NCBI GenBank assembly: GCA_026026165.1
Contig: JAPEUD010000003.1
Location: 310,001-374,000, forward strand
Direction of reading: 5' to 3'
Origin: Sarea resinae
Taxonomy: Eukaryota
Length of the DNA stretch: 64,000 nt
Under the pieces are notes generated by a model, which was given only the letters and a program-made list of their open reading frames with translations, had not been told where the DNA came from and made no database searches. Below, piece by piece: positions 22,876-36,369 of the stretch. Numbering within the stretch: position 1 is the stretch's first letter; every line of letters begins with the position of its first letter. Made by a program: the position numbers and the translations under genes.

Positions 22876-24977
22876 AGTAAAACATAGGTTGGAAATCTAT
22901 GCAAAGGTGCGGAGCACCCACGACAAATGGTCTTATGAGAATTGCATAGCATAAGACAATTTGGCCTGGCTGACGGTGGGATGCAAAATAGAAATATTTG
23001 CCACTTGACAGGCCGCATATAGTAAGACGAAGGGGAAGCTACAATCAGATAGTGCACCCTTCTTCGAGAGATGGAGCGGCTCTGCTGTCGGAAATTGTTC
23101 TGGGAGAACAAAGACGGCACCCATCAATAGCCTATTCCTGGCAATCTGAACGGACCCCTCTATCACATCTTCAGCCTTGGCCAAAGCCCCGCATCTAGAG
23201 CTGCAACTAGTGGGAGACTATGGCCAGCGGATGGATGCATGGGTGAGACTTCTTCGTCCGGGGGTGGCACCTACTCGCCGGAATGAGATTGGCTATGTAT
23301 GGCCACTCATCAACTGTGCCGATTCTCGCTGCAGCGGCGTGACTTGTTAAATACCCGATCCGGCGCTGTGGTTCGATCAGTCAATCACTGACTTTGAGCT
23401 GGATGCCTGGCTTCAATGACCCAAGCTGTTGTCGGGACGTTGCTCGTAGAAGAGAAGAATTGGCCATAATCCAGTCCCTCGAGTTTCGCGGACTCGGCAG
23501 CCTCGAGTGATCGCCGCAACGATATCAGTACCAAGATCTCAATGTAGCACAGTTGAGAGACGGCATTCGTCAAGCATTCTGTATTCCCCGAGCCTCTGGG
23601 TTTGCCTGACCGACAGAGCCGGCCTGACGGAACGGAAGTTCAATGCGCATAACATTGGACATCTAGACGGGGGAAGAGTAGAGTGAGAGCCTGGAGGTAG
23701 TATTCGTCCCCCGTAAGCAGGCAGCAACTGCTACTTGCAAGCAAGGTGGCAGAGGTGGCATCAATGATCCATGATGCAGATAGAAATGGTGAAAGGCGGG
23801 AGGCCTGGACATGGAACATCGAGGCCTTGGCCCTGCCCTTGCCCTTCTTTTTCGTGACTTTGGTCCAATCCCAATGCACACAAATCCACGATCCTGCCGA
23901 CTCGCGTAACACAACATGATGCTCGAGGCAACCATGGCCACCACCCACCACCATCTCCAACCCTGAAATGCCATCCCCAACCCATCAATTCACCAACATG
24001 TAACCGTCTTCAAGCCAATACCGATTGACGACTCGCCCCCGCAACGAGCCATTATGTCTTCACTTGTTATGGTTCTTCGCCGACATCATGCAGCTTTGGG
24101 GGCCACCCACCCTGCCATCGCGTAACTGCCACAACATAAGGCGTTCAGCTCAATATCCCACAATGTGTCGCGGGTATCCAACGTACAGAAATTCACTCAC
24201 ACCCCGCTGGCAGTGATATCGACTTGACAGTCTATGGCTTTCCCACATGGCCTCGGGCCTGCAAAGGCCGCGTCTTCTCTTTCCTTCTTCGTACAGCCAT
24301 TCCCTGCATCCACATGGGTTCCTGTTTACATGATGCTTTCTTACCGTTCCGGACAAGTGTTCAGACTTGTCCAGTCCCCGATGCTTGTGCAGTCCTGCTT
24401 TCTCCACCCCGTTATGTTTCTGCACGGTACCAGTCATGGAGCCATTGGCGTTATTCAGCACAGATATTAATATTATACGTTTTGCTATCGATACTCGGTT
24501 CTATCGCATCTGCGTCTCTTTGATCGGGTTCCCTGTGCCGACCTGCATCAGCTTCAACCATGAGGCTGACAAGACTGCTTGCCGAACAAGTCTTCCTTCG
24601 TGTCTCTACCGCAAAGGACCACTTCTTTTCTCTCACCTGGCCTTAGTTGATTAATTCCCACTTCGAGAATTCACGACTCCGACTTTCGTTGAGGATCGAT
24701 GCGTACATGCCTTCGCTCTCTCTCTAGCATCGAATTTTGAGACATCAGTCAGATTTGGTGGGTAATTGAACCCCTCGATTGGAAGATTACGCCAGCGAGA
24801 CGATTGATATCGCGGATCCAGTGTTCAAAGTCGCCCTATTTTACCCTATGCAATAGCCAATCGGTCAAGGGGCTGCCTTCGCACTTGCGGCATCGCAGAC
24901 CTCATACCAGGGACGATTACAGTCGTTATCACGCTCAATACTGATACTGATAGATCCCTAAATCTGTCGTTATCAGG

Positions 24978-27900
24978 ATGCGCTCTCTTTTTCTATCAAC
25001 TATAGCTGCATTGCAACTTTCAGGGGTGCTCGGTGACTCTGCAAGCGGCAATTGGACATCCTCCACCGCAAACCCACTATCAGGGACGACGGTAGGCGTA
25101 TCTCCATCGCAGTTTCCGGAAAATTGACTGATCTTCTTGCGTTCTAGACGTTATCCGGCGATACTTCAATATGTGGTACAGCCACCGTAACCTACATCAC
25201 GACTACCACGGTCTCAGGCGTGGGGCAGACGGTGACCGCTACGTCAACGGAATTCTCTACAGTCAGCGAGACAATTACACAAAGGTGGGAAGATTTGGTG
25301 ACATTATTTCTCTCCAGTGCTGAAAGGGACTATTAGCATTACGGAATCCTCGAGCTCATTAATTGCTAGCTCAACGCTCTGGAGCTCGTCGCCTGCGACT
25401 TCGACACCGTCGGTTCTCCCACCCCCAAGCTCAACTCCGTGGAGCTCATCATCTGCGGCTTCAACGCCTTGGAGTTCTTCTTCTGCGACTTCAACCCCAT
25501 GGAGCTCTTCCTCTCCAACATCAAGCTCTTGGAGCTCTTCCGATGTAAGCTCAACACATTGGAGCTCCTCGCATCCGAGTTCGACTTCATGGAGTTCCAC
25601 AACAAGTCAGCAGTCTTCGACCAAGCCAGCCACAGTCTATAATAATTATACTGTGACTGATACAACCACTGAGTACTGCACAGTCAGTGAGACGATTACT
25701 CAAAAGTACAGTGCTTGTATCTGTATAGGATTCTCTTATTGACTGTTTGCTCTAGCTATACTGTAACTCTTTCACCAACAAGCAGGCCCACTACAATCTT
25801 CAAAAATTCAACTGTGACAGAGACTGAGACCGACTACTCTACAGTCAGCATACCGTATACACAGAAGTACAGATTTTCCTCCATAAACCTTGACCGAATC
25901 TAACAGAGCTAATAACAGTTTCACCTCCACGATATCTTCGAAGTGCTTGTCGACCCCGTATCCGAACGAAACTATCACAAGTACGACTACGGAGTACTGT
26001 ACTGTCAGCACAACAGTCACTCAGAAGTAAGAGAAGCATTCATTTTGCTCAATACTACTTTCCTATGCTAATCTCGTCTTGCAGCTACACGACAACTCCG
26101 ACTCCCACTGGTTGGCCAAGTACAAAGTGGAGTAACACAACAGTATTGTAAGAACCACGATCCCACCTTTCTTCGAGACAGTAGGCTGACAATCACAAGC
26201 ATTACTGAAGTATGGACTGTTGATATCTATAACACGGTCACGGATACGACCACTGAGGACGTCCTCACCACTACTACTAAAGACGTCGATATCTTGAGCA
26301 CGCTTACTGAAACCATTTACGACACGACTACAGATGATATTTACAGTACCACCACTGAGGACATCTACAGTACAACTACAGATGATATCTACAGTACTAC
26401 TACGAAGGACATCTACAGTACCACCACGGATAATGTTTATATCACTTTAACAAAGAATCTTTGGAACACTACGACCGAGAAGATCTACAGCACGATTACT
26501 GAAGACATCATAAGCACCGTGACTGAAGACGTTTACATTACGACTACGGAAGATGTCTACTCCACAGCTACAACAAGTATCACCGATAGCTTGTTCATTA
26601 CAACAACAGCGACCGACGATATATATAGCACTGATACTACCACTATTACTGATGATGTTTTTAGCACAATTACTTCTATTACTACTGATGAAATCTTCAG
26701 CCCGGTTACTACAACCGCTACGATTACGACCACGGATGATGTCTTCAGCACAGCTACCATCACTACTACCGATGATGTTTACAGCACTGCGACAACAACT
26801 GCTACGACAACCGCGACAGATGACATCTACAGCACAGCTACAACAGTCGCTACAACAACTGCCACACTCACAACCACAGACAATATCTACAGCACTGCCA
26901 CAACAACTGCCACAACAATTACTACAGATAACATATACAAAACAACAACCGAGACCGATGAAGACTATAGCACAGTCACAACGACAGATGATATCTATAG
27001 CACAAAGACAACTACAGACGACATCTTCAGCACTCTTACAGCAACTGATACAATCTACAGCACTGCTACTACTACTAATGATGTATACGTCACGGATGCA
27101 ACAACAGTAGATATTTACAGTACTGTGTCGACAACTCTAGATGTGACAACAACTGATTTGTGGGCTCCGCAATATTCTTAGCTTTAAGAACTATTTCATT
27201 GACAGGTCTTAGCGTCCTGAGTCCGACTACCATCGAATTGATAAGCACGACAACGCAAGATATTTACACTACTCAGACCTCGGAGATTACGACGACTCAA
27301 TTGTAAGTCTTTGTTGTCTTTTTTTCACCTCACCCCTCGGGTCTCCGCTTGCGTCGATTTTTCTTGAAAGAACGCTCGACGGAGGAATCTTACGATTTTT
27401 TGGCCGAACAAAGAAAAGAGGCGAGCTATTTGCAGGAAGCCTTTACTAACGAGCCTTTTCTTCTCAGCACTACGGATTATGTTACAAGAAATGTCACCTC
27501 GATATTCACGTCGACTTTCTCATGTCAGTAGAGTCGGATCTCACAATCGAGTAGCTTGGCTGATTTATCTCAAGACCCCGTAACGACTACTTCCACCGTT
27601 GATCATACGTCCATTGTTAGCGAAATATACTAGTAGGTATTCTGATCCATAGCCTTTCGTGAAATTGACGGTCATCTAGTTCAACAACCACTGTGCTGGT
27701 AACTACAATAGTTCCCACGACTATACTCATAACCGTTCCCACGACGGTCCCTACAACGATCCGCACGACGATTCCTACTACAGTCGCTACAACAGTCCCT
27801 ACTACAGAAATTGAAGACGTGACAACCACGTCAGACATATACATATATAGGAGCTCGGTCTACACGTCGTTCGTTTCTTGTGAGTAGATACCTAGGTTGC

Positions 27901-30900
27901 AATTAGTCAAACACTGACACATTAGCAGTCCCGGTAACATATACAGTGACAACTTCCGATAGCTTTCCCATTACAGTTGTCTCTTAGTAAGTGGAACATT
28001 CCCTCATCATGTTTGTCGGTCCTACAAGAGGACATCTCTCTTTCATGAAAAGAGATTCATACCACAACATCCTAGCATTGATAGAAGAGAAGGTTTCCCC
28101 TGCGCTTCCTTTGCTTTACTTCGATTTCTGTCTTTCAAATGAAGAGAGGACTTGGCTAATCGCTTATGATATTCCAGCTCAACAACGACTTCTGTATATA
28201 CGTCAATAGCTACGTTGACTGCCACCACGACCGAAGAGCTCACCACGACGGTGGCAAGTGGATACACTACTGTAGAAACAAGCTATATTGATATTGTTTC
28301 GCCGACGACTACTACTGTCGATATCACCGATTTCAGCACGATTGATTACACTACGACAGCTGTTTCAACATCAACACTGACGTCTGTGGTTGAAGGTGAG
28401 CTTATATAAAGAACTAGAAAGCTCTAATACTAACAGCAATACCAGTTATCATAACCTCAGCGACTACGGTCTCAGGTTCAGTGTCGACTGATATAATTAC
28501 GTACGTTCACTTGCGTGTGGTTCTTTATCCGAGCTAATTGCTGGAAGTTCTTTATCAACTACGTATATTCCTACCACCGTGACTTCAACTGCAATTATCG
28601 AATCTATATGTAAGCCATAGCTTTTTACATCTTTGGACTTTTTATGCGTCTCGATTTGATCTGAAAGTTTCTTTCGTATTACGTCTCCAAATCACCGGGT
28701 AGCTTGGCAAATCCTTTTACCCTTAAGTGTTTTACTAGAGCGACTATTGCTAGCACGATTCTGACACGGGTCTTTAGCTCCTACTACTATTATCGAGCCG
28801 ACTACCATAATGAAGACTACACTAGTAACGGATGTAGTAACTTCCCTCACCACCGTAGCCTCTGGTCTTGTTTACTCAACCAGTTATACAACTTCATATA
28901 CGACCGTATACAGCTGCGCTCCCAATGTTACCGGATGTGACATCAACAGCACAAAAACAGTTCCTGTCACGGTAACGGCAGAGACTATTGTCCCTACGAC
29001 CATCTATGTCCCTGGTTCTACTTTAACGGTAACTTCTACGACTGAGGAAGTCCTTCCACCTTCAACAATAACAATCTCGGACGATGTCACTCGTACAATT
29101 CCCGCGACCACTTACTACGTGACAGGCACTGAAATCATTACTGTTCCTCCAACCACCATAATTGATACTGAGACCTTGACTTCTATTCAAATCACTACAT
29201 TCGTGGAGACCACAAGCTTATTTGGTCAAACTGATACGATCACCGCGTCAGGGCCCACGATCACTGATACTCTACCGGGAACTACAGATGTCATCACTTT
29301 ATCTGGTTCAACCGTGACAACGTCGGTGCCCGGTCCTACTGATATCATTACCCAGACAGAAGACATTACATTGTCCGGCTCGACAGTAACGACATCGCTT
29401 CTTGGGCCAACAGATTTTGTTACAGCGACAGATGACATCACATTGCCCGGCTTAACGGTCACCACGTCGATTCACGGGGCTACGCTTATTGGTACGACTA
29501 CAGACTATATCACCTTATCCGGATCAACCGTGACAACATCACTACCAGGGGTGACGCTTATTAGTACCAAGACTGAAGACATTACGTTGTCCGGTCCAAC
29601 AGTGACACTCTCGTTGGCTACGGTAACGAAGATCAGTACTGAAACGGCCACGACAACTCTGCCTCTAAGCATAATTACAGACGTCATTACTCAATCGGGC
29701 TCGATCGAGACGACTACACTATCAGGAGCTACGGTCGTCGTTACAGACACAGAAACAGTCTCAGGATCTACGGAGATTACTACTGCAACGGACACAGTCT
29801 CAGGGCCCCCGGGAATTAGAACTATTACCGATACAGTCTCGGGATCTTTGGGAATCATCACCACTACAGACACAGTTTCAGGGTCTGCTTTGACAACTAC
29901 TGCAACGGACACGGTCTCAGGATCCCTAGGGACAAGTACTATCACCGACACAGTCTTTGGATCTACAGTAGCAACTACTGCAACGGACATAGTCTCAGGA
30001 CCATCGAGAATCACGACCGTCACAGATACAGGATTCCTGGGAACCAGAACCATTACAGATATAAGTTTGGGAACTTCTGGAATCAGTACTATTACAAACA
30101 TACTCTCGGGACCTACAGCAACTACTACTGCAACAGACATAGTCTCGGGATCCACAGGAGTCTCTGACACAGTCTCGGGTTCCACAGGAGTCAGCACCGT
30201 CACAGATGTGATTTCCGGATCTACTGGTATCATATCTGCCCCTACAGATACTGTCATAGTATCTGGAGCTACCTCGATAGCGACCGATTATAGTATGTGA
30301 AATGCTCACCTTGAAAGTCTTTCTAGCTAACCCTCGATAGTACCTGGTACTGTCTTTGTTACTTTACCCCAGATTACGGTCACTCAGTCCGGTAAGGGAT
30401 CATTGGCGTTGGCTTTCTGTGACCATCGCGGATGTCTGACTTTCTTTAGCAGCTATCGAGACAGTTTTCGTTACTCTTAGTGGGGGCTCGTCCAGTAAGT
30501 GATATCAGTCCTGATTGACCAGAGCCTTTCGTCTAATATGAAACCAAAGTGATCGGCGCCACCTCGACTGAAACGTTGACCGTCCCCGTAACAACCGCCA
30601 TTACGGCTTCAGTCTCTGGCGGCACGACATTATTGACATTGACCGGCTCGGAATCAACGGGGACGACAATACCTGGCACCCCAACAACAGGCGTCGCCTC
30701 AACTTCACCACTTACCACTCTCACAACAAAGATGAGATCTGATTTAGGAGCAGGCCCTCAAACTATCACCTTTACTTCCTTAGAACCACTTCCTTCGATT
30801 GTTGTATGCCCCAAACTCTACACAAATCCAACATACAACCCAGTAAGCTCTTTGCCTCGCAATTACACATGGGGCTGTCCGCCGGCATACCTCTGTGAAC

Positions 30901-32115
30901 CTGCCAAGGTTGGCTGCGACATCTGGGAAGCACCTCCGGATCGAGGCTATATTTGCGATCCCAGTGACTGCCAGCCTGTCACGCCGCTCAATTCTCCGCA
31001 GATGTGGGGCCCAAATATCACATCCAACGCCACAGGGAATTACACGTTACAAGATGACTACTTCAATCTTGACCCCGAGAATTTTGGCCTAAACTTCTCC
31101 ATCTTCGTCCAAGAGACTGTCGTCGTTCAAGTTGAAAATCCTCCTAACAAGCACAAGCGTGGGGCAGCCAGAAGTTTCCTTAGCCGATTCATGAAGAGAG
31201 CCCAGACCGCGCCTCCAGCTTGCTTCGCCGATTGCAGTAAGTCTTCCCTATCCAATTTTGTCTCCTCTTAATCCATTTCTCAACATCAACCTGAATGCCA
31301 CTAACTCTTCACACATAGACGCTTGTGAACTTGAAGCTGAATCCTCTGGTAAAACACCCGCGCTATGCTCGCCTCATAGTGCATTCTTCTCAGCCGTGGG
31401 CTCCTGTCGTGACTGCATTTCTCTCCACGCGGGATCCCAGTCTCCTATCTTCCAGTCGATAGTCCAACCAGATATTCAGCAGTTCTTAGACTTCTGCTCT
31501 GGATCCGAAGTATCGATGAATGCCCTTAGTTCCACAGCGTCTTTGCAGCCTCAGAGTGAGATTTCTGGATCGTTGACTACGGGACCCAGCGCGGTTATGG
31601 CGTCGCCGGCGAGAACCGAACAAAGTACCACAAGTAAAATTAGTGCAAGCACTGCTAGCAAGATGAGTACGACGAGCATATCGAGCACAACGAACCCCAC
31701 GAGCGCAAGCAATGGAAACAGCCAGACGAGCATCACATCAGCTAGCACGGAGACGTCAACCACAAGTGCAGTCTCCACGAGGTCTTCGTATTCGAGCACC
31801 AGCGGCCGAACATCTAGTACAGGTGCTCTTGAGAGTACGACTTCAGCGACTACAGCATCCACAGCCACGTCTAGCACAAGTTCATCAGCTACAACATCCA
31901 ATAGCGCCTCCTCCCCGACTTCTTCCAGGACCAGACCAACAAGCAAGAGCACAGGCACGAGCACAACTAGCACTTCCGCTTCTCACCCCACCTCACGCGG
32001 AACGACGTCTGCAATAGCTACGACGACTAGCTCCAGTGGCTCGAAAGGTAGATCAATCAAGCTTTGGAACTTGGGTAGTGTTCTCATTGGGGGGATGTTT
32101 TGGTTGATAATGTAG
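24978..32115 (+). CDS. Very large Thr/Ser-rich GPI-anchored cell-wall glycoprotein (adhesin/mucin-like); about 20 exons, roughly 1850-1900 aa
   Basis: Signal peptide MRSLFLSTIAALQLSGVLG. Nineteen GT-AG introns (donors near 25092, 25284, 25706, 25867, 26027, 26148, 27160, 27303, 27524, 27633, 27880, 27987, 28396, 28501, 28609, 30293, 30392, 30495, 31237) give one open frame. Several tandem repeat families, two Cys-rich domains separated by KR sites, and a hydrophobic C-terminus (LWNLGSVLIGGMFWLIM). Confidence 0.82.
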
Positions 32116-33018
32116 GCCGGAACTGGAGAGTTGGACATCTACAGAGTAGAGTAGTTCGTTTGCTTGCCGGTGGACAGTAATGGGACTGATGAAGGGGAAA
32201 GGAGAAGGAAAGACGCAATCGCCTTTTTCCTATTGTGGATTCATTGTCCTTTGTTTCTTCCTCTCATTCATAGGATCATTCTCGTACATGCTTGGGGGGT
32301 TTTTAGGAGTTCGTATCTAATAATCGCGTAAAGGAGCTGCTATATAGCAGGCAATTAGGCAAGGCTCGGCTGGCGTTGAATATAACAGTCTTTTTGGGGC
32401 TCAGATAGGAGCTGTTTTGTTCATGCTTGCAAGGGGCCTTTCTTTGAAGTTCCAAAGGTGGGAATCGAATTCGAAAATACTTTGGATCCATGATCAAGAT
32501 TTCAAAGTCTTTGGGTTGATTGGGCAAGGTAATTGCACACAATGTCTCTATGTGATCACTCATCCACTCTGCTGGAATGATGCTAGTAGTACTTTTATGT
32601 CCCGAAACCCGGGGAAAAGCGACAATGTAGATGTTTCTCCGTTGCTGAGTACTCCGGAGCAGCAGAGGATCGATGGACTTACACGATCAAGGCAAGGCGG
32701 TAGTCCGTGCTCTGCTAGGTACAATGGTGAGGTGATTGCCGTTGAAAAGGCCATATTATTCCAACATCTGAAGAATTCGATACCACCTTGAAGATGCCTT
32801 GAAGATGTCGTGTCCAACATTCTTGGCTCGGCATCCTTGCTTGAGTGCCGCGAGATTTCATGGGCAGGAGAGTCGTTTCAGGAAGGTCCGGAGTCGGTTG
32901 GTCCCTCGATCGGGCTAGAACCCTCCTCACTAGAGATCCCGAAGTGTTACCCTGCCATCTCGTCTAAGCACTGTCACTCTCCCCTCCCGCTGTGCCCCTG
33001 AGCCGCCATGTGGTCATG

Positions 33019-33042
33019 GTTGTTGTTGTTGTTGTTGTTGTT
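33019..33042. repeat. (GTT)8 microsatellite
   Basis: Perfect trinucleotide run. Confidence 0.9.
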
Positions 33043-33489
33043 ATGGTGCTCTCGAGAGGGCGATCCAAGGGAACTCGATGATCATGAACGGCTCAATTGG
33101 GTCCGATCCTGCCACCAACCGTGAAAGAGAGTGTCTTTGCGCGGATCTCAGCATGCTGATCTCGTCGGTGCCGTGTGCAGACTCGGCTTCAGGATGTATG
33201 TGAGGTTTTGGGGTCCTTGGGGTCCTTGGGGGCCATGGGGGCCCTCGGGCCTTCCACTCCCTTCACGGTCTGTGACGGTGGTGGTGGTGGCACCATGACC
33301 AACTTGATTGTACGGATCGAAGGCACGAGCTTACCTGGCGTTTCACCATGACCAACGCCCTACGCTCCTTGGCGTGGTGATATAAAGCCAGCCATTCCGC
33401 TGTTGTCTGCCGTCTATTGTCTCCCTCGATCAGTCAATGCCATGGTGCATGTGAAGTGGTGATCTGTGTCTTCTTCTTCCGAACCCATC

Positions 33490-34930
33490 ATGACACTTAC
33501 CAGTTTCCTCTGTGTCGCCCTTGGGGTGACGGGCATGGCCGTGCCAGCTCTGGCTCAATCCAAGGCCGTCTTTGCTCACTTCATAGTACTTTCACACCTA
33601 CAAACCCCTGTTGCAGCAACTGAACTTACGTAGCCCTTCAGGTCGGCAACTCAGCCGGCAGCACGTACGACGATTGGGTCGACGACGTGACCAAAGCCAA
33701 AGCGGCCGGAATCGACGGCTTCGCCCTCAACATCGCCGCCACAGACACGTACACGGACACGTCTCTCGAAAACGCCTACAATGCCGCCAACTCCGTCGGG
33801 GACTTCAGCTGCTTCCTCTCGTTTGACTACCAGTCCGAAGGTGCCTGGGACGCCTCGACCGTCGCGGACAAAATCAACACTTACTCGGGCTACCCGGCGC
33901 AGTACAACTACACGGACAACCAGCCGCTGGTGTCGACGTTCGAGGGCGGCGATAATGCCGGCGACTGGGCAACCATCAAGTCGCAGACGAATTGCTTCTT
34001 CATGCCGGAATGGAGCAACCTCGGCGTCTCGACCGCAGCCTCGGAGTCCAGCATCGACGGTCTGTTCAGCTGGGCCGCTTGGCCCGATGGCGCAAGCGAT
34101 ATGACCACTTCCACTGACCAGGACTACGTCAATGCCTTGGACGGGAAGCCGTACATGATGCCCGTGAGCCCGTGGTTCTACACCAATCTGCCGCAATGGA
34201 ACAAGAACTGGCTTTGGCGGGGCGACGACTTGTGGCATGACCGCTGGCAGCAGGTCATCGATCTGCAGCCGCAGTTAGTTGAGGTATCTCTCCCCTTCTT
34301 GTCTTCACCCTGCGCTCATCACCTCGATTTCGCCCACCCCAACAAAGCAGAGGCTAACTTCCCACCAAGATCATCACCTGGAATGATTACGGCGAATCGC
34401 ACTACATCGGGCCAATCCGCAGCGCCGGCATTCCCTCGGGTGCATCTTGGTACGTCTCCGGCAACCCACACGACGCTTGGCGCACCGTGCTGCCCTTCTA
34501 CATTGCACAATACAAGAATGACAATGCCTCGATGCCCGCTATTTCTACGGAGTCCGTCACGGCGTGGTACCGACTCAATCCGGCGTCCTCTGGCTCCGCA
34601 AATGGCACGACGGGCAACACCGCGTCGCAGGGCCAGACGACTGTAGATCCGGGCACCGTGGACGTGGACGCCGTCTTCGTGTCCGCCCTCGTTGCCACCC
34701 TCCCCGCCACGGTGGCCGTCAGCATCGGCAGTGTGCAGGTCGCCAACTGGACGGTCGAGTTCGAGGGCGTCAGCCATTGGAGCGTGGCCTTTGGCAGCAA
34801 CACGGGCGACGTGAGCGTCGTTCTGGAGAGATCGGGCTCGCAGGTTGCTATAGTCAATGGCGCGGCTATCACCACTGATTGCACGAATGGCAATGTCAAT
34901 TGGAACGCTTGGGTCGGTGACTCGACGTAG
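33490..34930 (+). CDS. Alpha-1,3-glucanase (mutanase, GH71); 3 exons
   Basis: Signal peptide followed by KAVFAHFI|VGN, AKAAGIDGFALNI, FLSFDY, PLVSTFEG, DGLFSWAAWP, YMMPVSPWFYTNLP, E|IITWNDYGESHYIGP and NWNAWVG. TATAAA at about 33381. Confidence 0.93.
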
Positions 34931-36369
34931 ACTGGCTGACTTTGTCTTTCTGCTTAGCGCAGGCTTTTGTTTTTCGTTCGTGTCGTATATGTGTAATCGC
35001 ACGTCTATCTTCCAATGCGAAAGAAAATAAAAGAAACGATTCCAATGAAAGTCAAGCAAATAAAACAAACAAAAACCGCCCAGAGTCCCCTCGCTCTCCT
35101 CTTGTCGCTTTCTTTCTGCCCAACCCGCGCTCCTTAGACTGCCCACTCATCAAATGACCAACCGACTAACCCACTGACCTCTATGAGAAGAGGCAGGCAG
35201 GCAGGCAGGCACGATCCTTCAACCGTTCGTTTCCTCGTACGGTGTGTACAGCACCAAAATCAAATCAAAGCCGGCAATAGGGGTCCTCTTTCCCTCTTTC
35301 TCTCTTTCTTTCTTTCTCTCCTTCCTCTCTCCTAACTCATGCCTTCTTCTCTGGGTAAGCACCCGCCCACTCGCCGCCCTCATCAACACCGATACTGAGA
35401 GCAAGATCGCCGAAACGGCCGAAATCAAAACGCACGACCAGCTCGATTCGATCTACCTACCCACGTACCTACGTGCCTGCCTACCTACACACGTAGCATA
35501 TCCATCCACACAAATTTTCATGCTTGTTTACTTGCCGTACCTACCTACCTACCTACTATCCTGATATCGTTGATGTCTGTTTTACCTTCCCTATCTTCCC
35601 CATCCTTCCCGTCTTCTCTTCCCCATGTTTATACTAATGGATCTCGCCTTTGTTATTGTTGATGATGTTGATGTCTGACTGGCGTTCGTTCCTTCCCCCC
35701 TCCCTCCCCCTTTCCCCTCCCCACTTTCCTCTTCTTCTAGACAAGCCAGAAAGGAGCAGAGCAGACCAGACCGGCCTGAATACCCCCCTCGCGGTTTTTA
35801 TCTCTCTCCCTCTCTCCCTCTCAAAATCTCTCTCTCTGTCTCATTGCCAACACATTGACCCTCACGCTACCACGCCACAACATCAACGACAACGACGACA
35901 AGACCGTACTCGATCCCATCACCATCGCCATCGCCATCACCATCAATCATCATAATCAATCATAATCCCATTGTTGATTATCGGCGGCTGGCTGGCTAGC
36001 TGGCACATGATACAGACAGGCCCACGTACATCGACGAAGAGACCAGACCCGCACACCAAGCACTCGAACGGCTGGGTTTCTGTTGCTGCGAGGGCAGAGA
36101 TATTCAGATTTTGAGCATTTGGATTGGCAACGTCTCATTGCTTTTTTCTGTTTTGGACTTCTCTCTTTTTTTTTTGGACTCTTCAGGCTATCCTACTACG
36201 TTTCCCTGCTGGATTGCCCCCTACTTCTTCCTCTTTCTCTCTGTCTAACGCTTCCTTTCCTTCTACTACTTCCTCTTTGTCTCGACCTATCTCCTTTTCC
36301 TCTCCTAACTCACCCTTTTCTCCTATTTCGATTCCTATAAACCACATCCTTTCCTACATCCAAGCCATC

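Noticed and set aside
24150..24654. Short ORFs upstream of the adhesin (GTVQKH/GTVRKH repeat; Cys-containing ORFs)
   Set aside because: No splice or start support and no recognisable family; probably promoter or UTR sequence.
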